This document shows positions 1-18,810 of a stretch of 64,000 nucleotides of DNA, piece by piece. The position numbers were made by a program, and so were the translations under genes. Within the stretch, counting starts at the first letter, position 1, and the number at the start of each line of letters is the position of its first letter. The notes below the pieces were generated by a model. The model had not been told where the DNA came from and ran no database searches. It was given only the letters and a program-made list of their open reading frames with translations. This DNA comes from Eledone cirrhosa (Eukaryota), in the NCBI GenBank assembly GCA_964016885.1, contig CAXHJY010000414.1, forward strand, positions 1-64,000. Reading direction: 5' to 3'.

Positions 1-6272
<6,272 letters not shown>

Positions 6273-6473
6273 AGTATTAGTTATACTATTTATGGTTATG
6301 TAAATACAAAACCTTAAGCAGTTGTAAGTATTTTACACACACCCTAAATAGTGGTAGGCAGTAATGTATTACTACCTTATTACCAGTAAGTTAAGTAGCT
6401 CAATGTAAAAACATCAGATGATTTACAGAGCAGTTATATGTAATATAAGAATCAAAGAACTGTTCAAAACATT

Positions 6474-6527
6474 ATTGTGCTTACAGCTGTTTCCTCCAAA
6501 CCGAGGTTTGGATTCTTCGGAGCAATT
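6474..6527 (-). ncRNA. Minimal type I hammerhead motif (CCGAAGA core variant)
   Basis: Minus strand: TGCT-CCGAAGA-ATCCAAAC CTCG GTTTGGAG-GAAA-CAGCTG-TA-AGCA. Confidence 0.65.
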
Positions 6528-7881
6528 TATTAATGCATGGACAGTTATATGACCTCCTTTTCAGCCGAGAGACATACCAATACATATTCAAACATTATTA
6601 CATATTCAAACATTGTGGGTCAACATTCATTACAGAATTTAGAGTGGCAGTACACACTTCGAGATTAAATTTATATTAATAGGTACAATCAAAAATCAAA
6701 GATATAGGTTAAAGTACAACATGAAGATAAGTGGTTATATAGTGCAAATGTTATATGTGTGGCACGCATGTGCGTCTTGTTTATATAGTGTGGCAGAGAG
6801 ATATGTGTGGTAGAGGCACTTAGGTAGGTAAATAAGAGTGTTAGGTTGGTAGATCTGGTGGCAAAATCTTTATATGATTGATATAGTATGTGTGTGGAGA
6901 AATATTATAAGCATTAAAGATAGTGCAAGCATTAAAAGTGTTATAAGTATTGGAGATGTACAGCGCAGGGATGTCAAGTAATTCATGTACTTCGGCATTT
7001 TCATGGTCAAGGGAGTGTATATTTCGATTATATGCCTTTCACATAATCCACGACAATCCAGTTAGAGATCGTAGTCTGGTGTTCTTTAGTTCGATACAGG
7101 AGGTTGTTACGTTTCGAGAAACGCCATTGAATACCGGAAGTGTGTGTGTGGCTAAGGGGAGTTAATGCATGCGGGGAGGTAACTCTGGGGTTTCTATATC
7201 TAGCCATTAAAATGTGTCCCAATATAGACCCTAAATTCTATGGTGAAGTGCACCTTCCAAGAGAGACTTTTAAAGCATAAAGTGTATTAACTATAGAGTA
7301 GTTTAACTAAGTTATGCTGAAGGTGATCATATTATTATGGTGGATTAACCCATCTTAAGGTGCTACAAATGGAAATTATAGATGATGAGCGAGGATTCTA
7401 AATTAATGATCTCTGTGGTTGTAGTCTGCTCATATGACCAGGCGCGGTGATTGCAGGATTGCTTCAGGACCCAATGATCTCTGGTAAGATCTGGGTCATC
7501 GCTTGCTACATTGGATGTCGAAAGATAATCGTCCCCAGGCAGGCCAAAGGTCAATCCGCAGTCCTCGCGCCCCCTCTCTGACCGTCAGATCATCCATATA
7601 CGTACAACCCGCACGGCAGTTGCATTGTATTCACTCACATGCGTGCCACACATATAACATTTGCACTATATAACCACTTATCTTCATGTTGTACTTTAAC
7701 CTATATCTTTGATTTTTGATTGTACCTATTAATATAAATGTAATCTCGAAGTGTGTACTGCCACTCTAAATTCTGTAATGAATGTTGACCCACAATGTTT
7801 GAATATGTATCAATGTTTGAATATGTATTGGTATGTCTCTCGGCTGAAAAGGAGGTCATATAACTGTCCATGCATTAATAA

Positions 7882-7934
7882 ATTGCTCCGAAGAATCCAA
7901 ACCTCGGTTTGGAGGAAACAGCTGTAAGCACAAT
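7882..7934 (+). ncRNA. Minimal type I hammerhead motif (CCGAAGA core variant), inverted-arm copy
   Basis: CCGAAGA 7888-7894, stem II TCCAAAC/GTTTGGA, GAAA 7915-7918, palindromic stem III CAGCTG, TA, stem I TGCT/AGCA. Confidence 0.65.
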
Positions 7935-7979
7935 AATGTTTTGAACAGTTCTTTGATTCTTATATTTCATATATTTCAT

Positions 7980-8040
<61 letters not shown>

Positions 8041-8106
8041 ATGTATATATAATGTATTTTGCAATACACTTTATGCTTAATTAAAAGCATTTTGAAGACC
8101 GTAAGC

Positions 8107-8149
8107 TATTGTTTTAAAGTAGTGACAAATTCACTACTTTAAAACAATA
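8107..8149. repeat. Perfect 19-bp hairpin in a short island between TA tracts
   Basis: TATTGTTTTAAAGTAGTGA-CAAAT-TCACTACTTTAAAACAATA; outer AAAGCATTTT/AAAATGCTTT can extend the pairing. Confidence 0.9.
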
Positions 8150-8162
8150 AAAATGCTTTATA

Positions 8163-8258
<96 letters not shown>

Positions 8259-8282
8259 CATATATATATAATATATATATAC

Positions 8283-8340
<58 letters not shown>

Positions 8341-8359
8341 TATATATATATATATATAA

Positions 8360-9033
8360 AGAATGAATAATAACAGGTAGACATCAAAAAAGGTAATTAA
8401 AATAATGAATTGAGGAAGAATAATCTAACGTCAAAAAAAAAAATGTTTATGTTTACGAAGGATTTTTACAAGGTGATATAGAGTAAGAATGTATTGTATT
8501 ATGTAATAATTGTTTCTATGTTAGGCAGCAGTGAGAAAAGGTACACATTAGGGGTTAGACATTAAAAGAAAAAGAGAAGAAAGGGAAGTGATAAATAGGA
8601 GTGATATAGAATGAGTAACAAGTATTATATAATGTATAATAAATAACTTTGAAATAAGGTAGAAAGATGGGTATATTTTTAAAGAAGTATATATATATAT
8701 ATGTGCCTTTGAGAAAAAGATTCTAAATTGATAACGTTTTGGATATTAGCTGTATACTTTGTGGAATGTTTTGTGGAATTTATGCAAGCAGATAGAAAAC
8801 AAGTCAGTGCGTCTATTCATTATAGAATCTAAATTAGATATAATGGTAAATTTTTCATTTAGACAGAGATTGCAAATCTTGGATAGAGAACTGTTCAATT
8901 GTGAGGACGCAGAAGAAACCTTCTTCCAAAAGATGGTATATTTAATATTTTTGTATTTCAAGGACCATATGAGTTCTGAGAGAGCCGTGTTGGTTCTACT
9001 ATGAAACTACTTTTCATATGTTGATTTAAAACT
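8360..9033 (-). pseudogene. Naiad-type PLE GIY-YIG C-terminal fragment plus pyrimidine-rich 3' UTR
   Basis: Minus translation TALSELIWSLKYKNIKYTIFWK...CNLCLNEKFTII...MNRRTDLFSICLH (stop at 8746) matches the termini of the 11.6-kb and 62-kb copies. Confidence 0.85.
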
Positions 9034-9270
9034 GCACTATCCACAAGTGTTTTTTAACCTTCATATCATGTCTTCCTGTTTTATCTGATGAAAACACAAA
9101 TATTATTGCATGATGATATTTGTTTTTGAAATGCGCATAATAAAATACATGGAACTCTTTTAACCATCTGTTGTTCTTATATATTATGTATACTCCACTC
9201 CTACAAATTGTAGAGTGCTTCTTATTCGATATCTGCATTGCTTTATTGTACTACAATAAAATTCACCTCC

Positions 9271-9273
<3 letters not shown>
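9034..9273 (+). mobile_element. Hammerhead-bearing PLE pLTR/3' segment (family B, copy 1)
   Basis: Near-identical to 13837-14077; ends ACCTCCTACA directly into (TA)n. Confidence 0.85.
9073..9154 (+). ncRNA. Type I hammerhead ribozyme with intact core
   Basis: TTTTAT-CTGATGA(9085-9091), long stem II AAACACAAATAT/ATATTTGTTTTT, GAAA(9128-9131), palindromic TGCGCA, TA, then ATAAAA closing stem I. Predicted cleavage after 9139. Confidence 0.88.
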
Positions 9274-9302
<29 letters not shown>

Positions 9303-9457
9303 TATATACATATATATACATATACATATATATATATATACACATATATATAAATATATATATATATATATAAATATATATATATATACATATATATATA
9401 CATATATATATATATACATATATATATACATATATATATATATACATATATATATAC

Positions 9458-9488
<31 letters not shown>

Positions 9489-9845
9489 CATATATATATA
9501 TACATATATATATATATACATATATATATATACATATATATACATATATATATACATATAGAGATATACTTTAACTTTAATTATATCTCATAAAATAATA
9601 CAACTGGTTTTTCCACATTATACATATTGTTAGCACCCCAAACACTTAAATTGGGTTTATATTTTAATATAACCTAATGTTTGTTGAGTGAGATGGTTAC
9701 CAGTCAGAGTTTAGCTTTAAACTATCTCTGTTATTGTATTAAATTTTTACTCTTGATTGGCCAGAGGTGTTTATTTCCAGGTACCTTATGAATTTGACTT
9801 TCCGTATTTATTACTATTGTGAAATATTGTGGCTTTTTTGATTGT

Positions 9846-10250
9846 AACTTCTCTGTTTCTTAGCCTAGGAAAATATATATATATGCCTACGTATATAATT
9901 ACATACATATATGTATTTATTTTCTTTTATTAATTGAGTTCTTTACACGAGGAATTAATATTGGTTTTGAAATAACTAATTAACCCGCGTGTGTTTTATA
10001 TTTTACTCTTAATAATTCGGCCGGAGAATTATATTCCCATTTGCCCTTTATAGCATAACTTTCTGCATTTACTGCGGTTATGAGAAGCGGTTCTTATTCG
10101 GGTACAACTTCTGATTTAGCCTAAGAAAATATCTATATGCGTGTGTATTTATACAAGCATATATTTATTTTTTTTATTTTCAATTGAGTTCTTAAACACG
10201 TTGGATTGATAATGTTTTCAAAAAAACTAATTAACCCGCGTGTATATTAT
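9846..10250. repeat. Diverged direct duplication with ~260-bp period
   Basis: ACTTCT..TTAGCCTA(G/A)GAAAATAT, AATTGAGTTCTT and AACTAATTAACCCGCGTGT each occur twice in the same order. Confidence 0.75.
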
Positions 10251-10579
10251 TTTTTTTCCTCATTTCGAGAGTTGTCTCCCCTTCCCGCTCGCTATGATAC
10301 TTCCTCAGTCTAAAACTGCTGGAATTTCAAATTTGGCGGTCATTCGAGGCGAGAGAGAGCTACTTTACGGATATGATTTTTGACAGCGGTAAGAAATTGT
10401 TTTTTTATATCAATGTTTAATGGGCTTCCCCTTATGATTTATAAGTGCCCACCTAAATATATTCTTACATGAATATATATTAGGCTTCTACATAAACTGG
10501 AAACATTCTCCCAAACTTGTAGAAAACTTATAATGAAACATATATGCGCATGCGCATACATATATATATGTATGCGCAT

Positions 10580-10612
<33 letters not shown>

Positions 10613-10937
10613 CATAGATATGTATACACATACATACACATACATACCCACACACACAAACACATACATACACACATATATATACATACACACATATACA
10701 CACATACACACACATACATACATATATAATCTCATATATATATATATATACATATATACATACATATACATATATACATACACACACATACACATATACA
10801 AGCACACACGCATACATACACATACATACAAATAAGTACACCTAAACGCATATGCACAAACACGCACTCGTTCGCACTCATACATGTATCTATAATATAA
10901 TGGTAGTGGGACAAATTTTAAATTTTAAACTGGGCCT

Positions 10938-11027
10938 GATAGAGGATTAAAATAATTAATATCACTACTAAGTTATTAATATGATAGAGGATTAAAATAA
11001 TTAATATCACTACTAAGTTATTAATAT
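10938..11027. repeat. 45-bp tandem duplication
   Basis: GATAGAGGATTAAAATAATTAATATCACTACTAAGTTATTAATAT occurs twice in tandem. Confidence 0.9.
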
Positions 11028-11519
11028 TATCATCAAGTAATTAATTACTATTTATTATTTACTATTTACCATTCACTATTCGTTACCCATCTTTTATCTT
11101 TTATCTATTCATTACCTAATCATTCACTCATAAATTAATAAATAAATGAATGAGTTAACTAACAAACAAACAAACAAACAGATAAACAAATAAACCAGTA
11201 AATAAGTAAATAAATAAATAAATAAATAAATAGATAAATAGATAAATAAATAAATAAGTAAATAAAGTAAATAAATAAATAAATAAATATACAGATAAAT
11301 AGATAAATAAATCACGAACGTGTGCGTGCAGCAGTTCATAACTGCACATATGCAAACATGAGCAGGTATATACGTGAATTTGTGTGTGCGGCCACGGAAC
11401 TTTACTCAGAGGCAAACAACACAATATATCAGACCTGGAGGGGAGGAAAGAGGGTAATAATGATAGATGGAGGGACGGAATTGGGAAGGAGGTGGGGTGG
11501 TGATATGGGGGGGAGGGTC

Positions 11520-13483
11520 AGTCGGGGGGCCGGGGGGGTCTGTAGTTTTTGTAATTTGCATAGTTCCTGTGCATGCAATTAGGGGAGTGTTCCTAGATCT
11601 TGTTGAGGAGAGGGCCTTTGGCGAATAGAATCTCATAGCTCTCGGAGATACAGAGGTCACAGCAATTATGGCTTCCCGTGTAGGATCGCGCTCTCTGGAG
11701 TAGTCTCCATTGGGTCTTGAAGGGGATGGAGTTCCTTTTAAGGTGCCAGATGTGGGCGGCGAGTGTAGTTTGGTTAGATTTGTCTGGGCGCCGGAACGAA
11801 TGCGTGTGGGCGTACCAGCGAGTCTTAAAACTGTTAGAAGTCATCCCGATGTACGAGTTTCTTTTTTCATCGGGGCCTGAGAGTACATCGCATATATAGA
11901 CGAGATCATTTTTTAGACAGTTGTTGTTAAGAGGGCAGGTAGTCTTATCAGGGCAATTGCAGTTGCTATCGGTTGCTGGATGGGCTTCGGAAAAAGTAGA
12001 CTTATTTAGCTTCTTGATGTTATTGTTGGCTAAGTTCCTAGCTAGATTAGGTGTGGTAGAGTAAGAGAGTCTAATGGTATTCTTATTAAGGATAGTGTAG
12101 TACCTGTGTTGGGTGGGGAAGTGTTTTTGTAAGAGAGTGAAGAAAATTTTAGCTACAGGTGTTGAAACTTCGCGGTTGAAGGGGGGGTTGTACCAGTTAA
12201 TGTGCCTTCGCCTATTCTTCCTGGGTGGGCGTGGGGCTAAACTAAGGCAGGTGATCTTATCTCTAAAGCCGCTGCGGGCTAGGGCCTCGTTGTAATAGGG
12301 GGCTGCTGCTCTAAAGATATCTTCATTGGTGGCGAGGCTAGATATCCTAATGGAGACACTTTTTACTAGGTTGTCTAATATATTTTTGGGGTGGTTAGAA
12401 TTAACGTCTATATATCTAAGGGATTCATTAGGTTTGTGGTACGGGTAGTAAAGGGAAGTTTCTAAGTCGAGGGTAACGTCTAGGAAGTTAGCTTTAGTTA
12501 AGTTCGAATCTAAGGTGTAAAGGTTTTTCCTGAACTCATCTGTGGTCCTGGGGTTGATTTTGTGGAGGGCAAAGAGGCCGTCATCTCAGTAGAGACCGCC
12601 GGAGAGGCCTGTGAAGAGGGTCTTCAACCTGTGGAGGATGAACAGACCCACAAGGTCACTAATTTCAGCTGAGTCGCTAGCACCCATGCTAACGTCGAAG
12701 GGGTCTCAGATTTTTTGTTGATCCAGTGGGATCTGTCATGGTAAAGAAAAGTCTTACGTGCATGGAGGATCACATCCTGCTCGGCTTCGGTAATTGTGGT
12801 TAAGTTCCTGGCGAAGTTAATCGCGACAATCAGCAGGCTCTCTGATATGGAGGCGTAGTAATCCTCGATGTCTAGCTGCAGGAAGCGGGTGTTGCTTTTG
12901 CCGGGCAAGTCCCGGAACCATGTGATTGCCTCTGATGTCCTATTCCAGAGTGGGAGGGGTGAGGCAGCACGTAGTCTAGGTAGAATCCTGTCCAGGATCT
13001 TCTTACTGACGGATCCTATGTCAGACTTGGTCGGGTTAATCAGCCGGACCGACGGTTTATTGTCGAAGTTGTTCTTGTGGTCTTTCAGGGTGAAGTGTGA
13101 GAACTTTACACTCAGAGGTTCTGTCCGGTCTTCCAGTTTAAGGGAAGTGGCGATCTTCTTTCCGGCTATGTTTGTTTCAGTCAAAGTAGTGTCATCAACT
13201 TTTTTGTACTTTGCTGTGATGGCATTATCAGCAAGCTTGTTGTAGGTGTCGGGAATAACCGCATAAGTGTTTTTAGTTTTGTCTGAAGGGACGTGAAGGT
13301 ACGGGGAACTTTTCATTTTCAGAAGTTTCTCCTTTAAGTCAGTTTGGAAAGGTATGTTGACTTTCCTGAATTTAATATCTTTGATTATTTGAAAGAGGTC
13401 TTCTTCAAATGGTTCAAGTAGGCTGTTGGTGGGTGGAGACTTAATAGATTTAAAGCCGTACATCTCGTTATTGGTAGATGCTA
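11520..13483 (-). pseudogene. PLE reverse transcriptase - GIY-YIG endonuclease ORF (frameshift ~12710, nonsense codons)
   Basis: [81 protein letters not shown]...C, YIGMT..FKTR, CDLC, NCMH. Confidence 0.93.
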
Positions 13484-13572
13484 CATATATATATATAAAT
13501 ATATATATATACATGTATACATATATATATATATATATATATACATACATGTATACATATATATATATATAT

Positions 13573-13607
<35 letters not shown>

Positions 13608-13621
13608 CATACATGTATACA

Positions 13622-13653
<32 letters not shown>

Positions 13654-13704
13654 GATATATACATATAATATATAAGAACAAAAGATGGTTAAAAGAGTTC
13701 CATG

Positions 13705-13780
13705 TATTTTATTATGCGCATTTCAAAAACAAATATCATCATGCAATAATATTTGTATTTTCATCATGATAAAACAGGAA
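13705..13780 (-). ncRNA. Hammerhead copy in inverted arm, core disrupted (CATGATGA)
   Basis: Reverse complement of the 9073 motif with a 1-nt insertion in CTGATGA. Confidence 0.6.
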
Positions 13781-13876
13781 GACATGATATGAAGGTTAAA
13801 AAACACTTGTGGATAGTGCATATGTTGATTTAAAACTGCACTATCCACAAGTGTTTTTTAACCTTCATATCATGTC

Positions 13877-13955
13877 TTCCTGTTTTTCTGATGAAAACAC
13901 AAATATTATTGCATGATGATATTTGTTTTTGAAATGCGCATAATAAAATACATGT
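13877..13955 (+). ncRNA. Type I hammerhead, intact core with weakened stem I
   Basis: CTGATGA 13888-13894, GAAA 13931-13934, TGCGCA-TA; the 5' stem I strand is TTTTT rather than TTTTAT. Confidence 0.78.
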
Positions 13956-14077
13956 AACTCTTTTTAAGCATCTTTTGTTCTTATATATTATATATACTCC
14001 AGTCCTACAAACTGTAGAGTGCTTCTTATCCGATATCTGCATTGCTTTATTGTAACTACAATAAAACTTACCTCCTA

Positions 14078-15351
<1,274 letters not shown>

Positions 15352-15622
15352 CAAGATGCATAGGAGAGAACAAAGGAGAGGCACAAAAACAAAGAAAAGA
15401 ATCCCCAGTCACTGAAGAGGTCACAGAATGTGTGACGAAAGAACTTTGACAATATATGAACAACCGTCCGTTTGTGGAACCAACCAACCAACCGGAAATT
15501 TATAAATTCTTAAATTTATAAATTATAAATTTAATTTATAATAAATTGTGAAAGCTACTGGTGAAAGTTACTGGTGCGTGTGTTTCTTATTGGCAACATG
15601 ACCCTCCCAAAGTATAATAATA
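15352..15622 (+). mobile_element. PLE 3' stub (family C, copy 1) with hammerhead-like motif at 15408-15450
   Basis: GTCA-CTGAAGA-G-GTCACA GAATG TGTGAC-GAAA-GAAC-TT-TGAC. Terminus ATGACCCTCCCAAAGTATAATAATA is shared with 56726-56750. Confidence 0.7.
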
Positions 15623-15690
15623 TCGGGGTCAACACACGTTTTCAGATAAAGAATCTTACTAAACAAATTCAGAAACGAAACATATTATAT

Positions 15691-15723
<33 letters not shown>

Positions 15724-15724
15724 C

Positions 15725-15924
15725 ATATTTATTAAAATAACAGATTAAAGTTTAAGCAAAGAATCGCTGCTTTCACCCTTAACGGAATCTTCTGAAGCAC
15801 CGATTCTTTGCTTAAACTTTAATCTGTTATTTTAATAAATATTTGCTCTACGTTCTTATATATTTGATATATATTTATCCTTATCGAGCCCTCTTTGGAT
15901 TTTAGTCTTCAAATTTATTATTAT

Positions 15925-15928
<4 letters not shown>
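15725..15928 (+). mobile_element. Short fold-back insertion (42-49-bp arms) between TA tracts, probably a PLE 3' stub
   Basis: 15725-15766 is the reverse complement of 15801-15842; the tail runs to (TA)n at ~15929. Confidence 0.6.
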
Positions 15929-15970
<42 letters not shown>

Positions 15971-16077
15971 CGAAATGTACAATAAAGAGACATGAGTTTT
16001 CTCGAGGAAATTTTGTTTGTTTCTGCCCCTATTCACTCTCATCTATCTTTTTATTTTTTATTTAATTTCACGTTCTA

Positions 16078-16115
16078 TAATTTGTTGAAGGACTAGTGTC
16101 CGAAACGCTAAGACT
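16078..16115 (+). ncRNA. Degenerate minimal hammerhead
   Basis: TTGTTGA-A-GGAC TAGT GTCC-GAAA-CGC-TA-AGAC; two mismatches to CTGATGA; same layout as the 29205 motif. Confidence 0.45.
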
Positions 16116-16216
16116 ATTTCTACTATGCCAAGTGTGAAGCTAATATATATGTTCATTGAGCCTCATCGTCTCTTGTGTTTTATTCGTATACTTTTCACAC
16201 ACACACATACATATAT

Positions 16217-16337
16217 GAGAGAGAGAGAGAGAGAGATAGAGAGAGAAAGCGAGAGAGAGAGAGCGAGAGAGCGAGAGAGAGCGAGAGAGAGAGAGGGGAA
16301 GGGAGAGAAAGAGCGAGAGAGAGAGAGAGAAAGAGAG
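16217..16337. repeat. (GA)n microsatellite
   Basis: Direct reading. Confidence 0.97.
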
Positions 16338-17366
16338 AATGTGGTTGAACTATCCATATAATGTTTAACTAAATTGATATGCGGCAATAAGACAAACACT
16401 TATTTGAACTAAAGATTTCAACAAGATACAAATTTCCGCTTTGTTAAGAATAATTTCCTCTGCAATTGATTGCTTGGCCTGGATAATAATTACAGTTGTT
16501 TATATTATCTTAGGAAATGTTGAAAACAACAAGCATGGTACAAAAATGAAAATTGTTACAGAAGAAAATTACCTGCAGATGAATAATTATCAACGATGGT
16601 ATTGCATTAATATTAACAACATATTTAGAATTAGAATTTCATTTCCGTCTTCATACATTTGGAATGTATGATTTTGTTATATTCCATTTAAATGTAATTT
16701 TTTCGAAGTTATTTTAACTCTTAACGTTCTGTAATGATTTATCAGAGCATACTTAATAACAAGTTTGCAAATTCAAATGTTTAAAGTATCTTTACTAATG
16801 GACAAATCCTTGTAGAAATCTGCAATATTAAAGTAAAGTAATTAATTTAAAGTAATGCACTCATTGTTTTTTAAAAATGATATTTTCATATGCAAGACTT
16901 GCCTCTTATTATCCTTCAAAGATTTAGCAAAATATATTTTTATACGAGTTTGTTACTTCAACTGTTTATAGTATCTTTGATGGTCGACATATCTTTGTGA
17001 ACATAGTTACAGTTACTATAATAAAGACTTAAAAAGTCAATGTGATGTAGTCATAGTGCCGTATTATACTTCACGAGAACGTCTTACTAATGCGCTTTCA
17101 TGAGGTTCTTTATTTTAAATATTTATAGTACCTTCACTAATGGATAGAACGTTGTAAACATGTTAGATTCTTAATGTAAAGCAGAGACAGCGGTGTTTTG
17201 TACTTTTCAAGAATGACTTTCTAAAATGGTGTCATGTGTCACATAACGCTAATATTTAATGATAGCTCCGATGTTTCCGCATAGTCATAAAAGCAAGATA
17301 GATAAAAATAAAAATACTATAAATATATAGACATCAAAGAGTGTTCTGAATTATTTCTATTTTTAA

Positions 17367-17555
17367 TAATTGTTTCTACTTTTGGCAAAGGCCAGTAATT
17401 ATGCCAGTGTATTACTGGTACTTTATTTTATCGACCCCGTAAGGGTGAAAGGCAAAGTTAACCTTGGTGGGATTTGAACTCAGACCATAAAGGGCCGTAA
17501 CTCTTTGCTGCAAAGAATGGCGTCCGACCCTCTACCGATACTGCCAATCCACCGC
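17367..17555 (-). mobile_element. tRNA-derived SINE (octopod-type), copy 1
   Basis: A-box-like TGGCAGTATCGG, B-box GAGTTCAAATCC, body TTTGCCTTTCA.CCTTACGGGGTCGATAAAATAAAGTACCAG; homologous to 33068 and 37282. Confidence 0.88.
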
Positions 17556-17844
17556 TTGTATTTTCAATAATGGTTCCTAAATTAAACTCAAAACTACCAA
17601 TTTTTAGGAAGGGGAGTGTCGATTATATCCTAGTTTCTTCTACTCTAGCATCTTTATTAACAAATGTCTTGTGCGTGGAATATGGTATATGAAAAATGTA
17701 GAAGCCAATCTATCTATCTATCTATCCATCCATCTATATATATATATGGGGTGGGGGAGAGTGTCAAAGTTTGTTGTAGACGTTTGTATATGTTTATGAA
17801 CGTTATATGGCGATTCTATAAAAAGAGATCAATAAAATACATAC

Positions 17845-17950
17845 CGGGGTCGAAAACAAATAAATAGTGTGGTTAATATGATCTACTAACTCAAAATGCC
17901 ACTTTACGGCGGTGCCTTAGCATGGCCGCAGTCTAATGATTGAAACAAAC
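17845..17950 (+). mobile_element. SINE 3' fragment
   Basis: GGGGTCGA...GGCGGTGCCTTAGCATGGCCGCAGT; related to 36885-36950. Confidence 0.6.
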
Positions 17951-18698
17951 CGGCAAAAACATAATAGAATAAAAGACTATAGATATCAAAGAATATTCTG
18001 AATTATTTCAACTTTTTATTAATGATGACAAATTACCACCATTAAAACTATGAAGTTGAAAGCATTGAAACTTCCCCGCCTAGCTGGAAATACATTCTCA
18101 GGATCAAACGTTGTAATATATAGTTTAAAGACGTTGGGTCCTGAAAATATGCTCAACCGAGGTTACAGACGTATAAATTACTAACGAGAGCTTCAGTCGT
18201 GGCTACTAAAATATCTATTAGTAGACATCCGCTTACTAATAACAGGATAAGATAAGAGTGATTTCATGACTTATTACTTTAAACAATAACAGCATTTGAT
18301 AATTATTACTTAGGACAAACCACTTTCTTTCAGAATATCGCAAATGCAATTCATAGCAAGGATGTTCTAGGTATGATAGTATAGAATTAGTTCCAAAATG
18401 TCGATCTCAAATATACTCAAGACATATTATTGTGTTGATCGTTACACATTACTGAAAATAAAATTTCCGAAACTGAGTTATGGCGAAACTAGCATCTCTG
18501 AACTTTGGTTTCGAGACAAATGTTTATATCACATAGTAGCGATTAACCTAATGGTTGGTAATTTCCAACAAGTGACGCATATTGTAGAACAACTCGATCT
18601 CCTGAGAGTTTTCTCTGTAAAGTACATTTGATTCTTAACTATAATCATACTGCTCTTCAATTCTCTTGAAAGTTATATGTGATACAACTGTTATTGAA

Positions 18699-18810
18699 GG
18701 TGTTTGGCCTAGTGGTTAGGATGTTGGATTCGCGAATGCAAGATCGTGTATTTGATTCCTGGATCGGGCGGTGCGTAGTGTTCTTGAGAAAATCGCTTCA
18801 TTATACATTA
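18699..18810 (+). mobile_element. tRNA-derived SINE head, second family
   Basis: TGGCCTAGTGGTTAGG A-box, degenerate B-box, GTGTTCTTGAG core; related to 51510-51724. Confidence 0.7.

Larger units (their letters stand above)
6273..7973 (-). mobile_element. 5'-truncated Penelope-like element with ~337-bp inverted pLTR arm; possible Neptune-like GIY-YIG C-terminal remnant
   Basis: Inverted repeats 6436-6772 and 7636-7973, HHR-like motif in both arms, TA flanks. Minus-strand remnant near 7340-7554 (FGLPG...NLESSLIIY) only weakly resembles a Neptune endonuclease end. Confidence 0.7.
10900..13483 (-). mobile_element. Naiad-type Penelope-like retroelement, slightly 5'-truncated and decayed
   Basis: RT plus C-terminal GIY-YIG ORF; 5' end abuts (TA)n at 13484. 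The 3' boundary is approximate. Confidence 0.9.
13664..14077 (+). mobile_element. Family B copy 2 with ~156-bp inverted arm
   Basis: Arms 13664-13820 and 13837-13992 with a 16-nt spacer; the ~85-nt tail is present only on the main arm; TA flanks. Confidence 0.88.

Noticed and set aside
6436-7973. Long inverted repeats as DNA-transposon TIRs
   Set aside because: The arms are asymmetric (tail on one side only), contain hammerhead motifs and enclose no transposase; this fits a PLE 5' inversion.
10262-10310. Minus CTGAGGA...GAAA as a hammerhead
   Set aside because: No stem II or stem I complementarity.
12586-12588. In-frame TGA in the RT catalytic motif (Y*DD) as possible selenocysteine, since some Naiads encode selenoproteins
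   Set aside because: The position is Arg in the 61-kb copy (YRDD), so CGA>TGA deamination explains it. The ORF has other lesions and the conserved Cys codons are intact.
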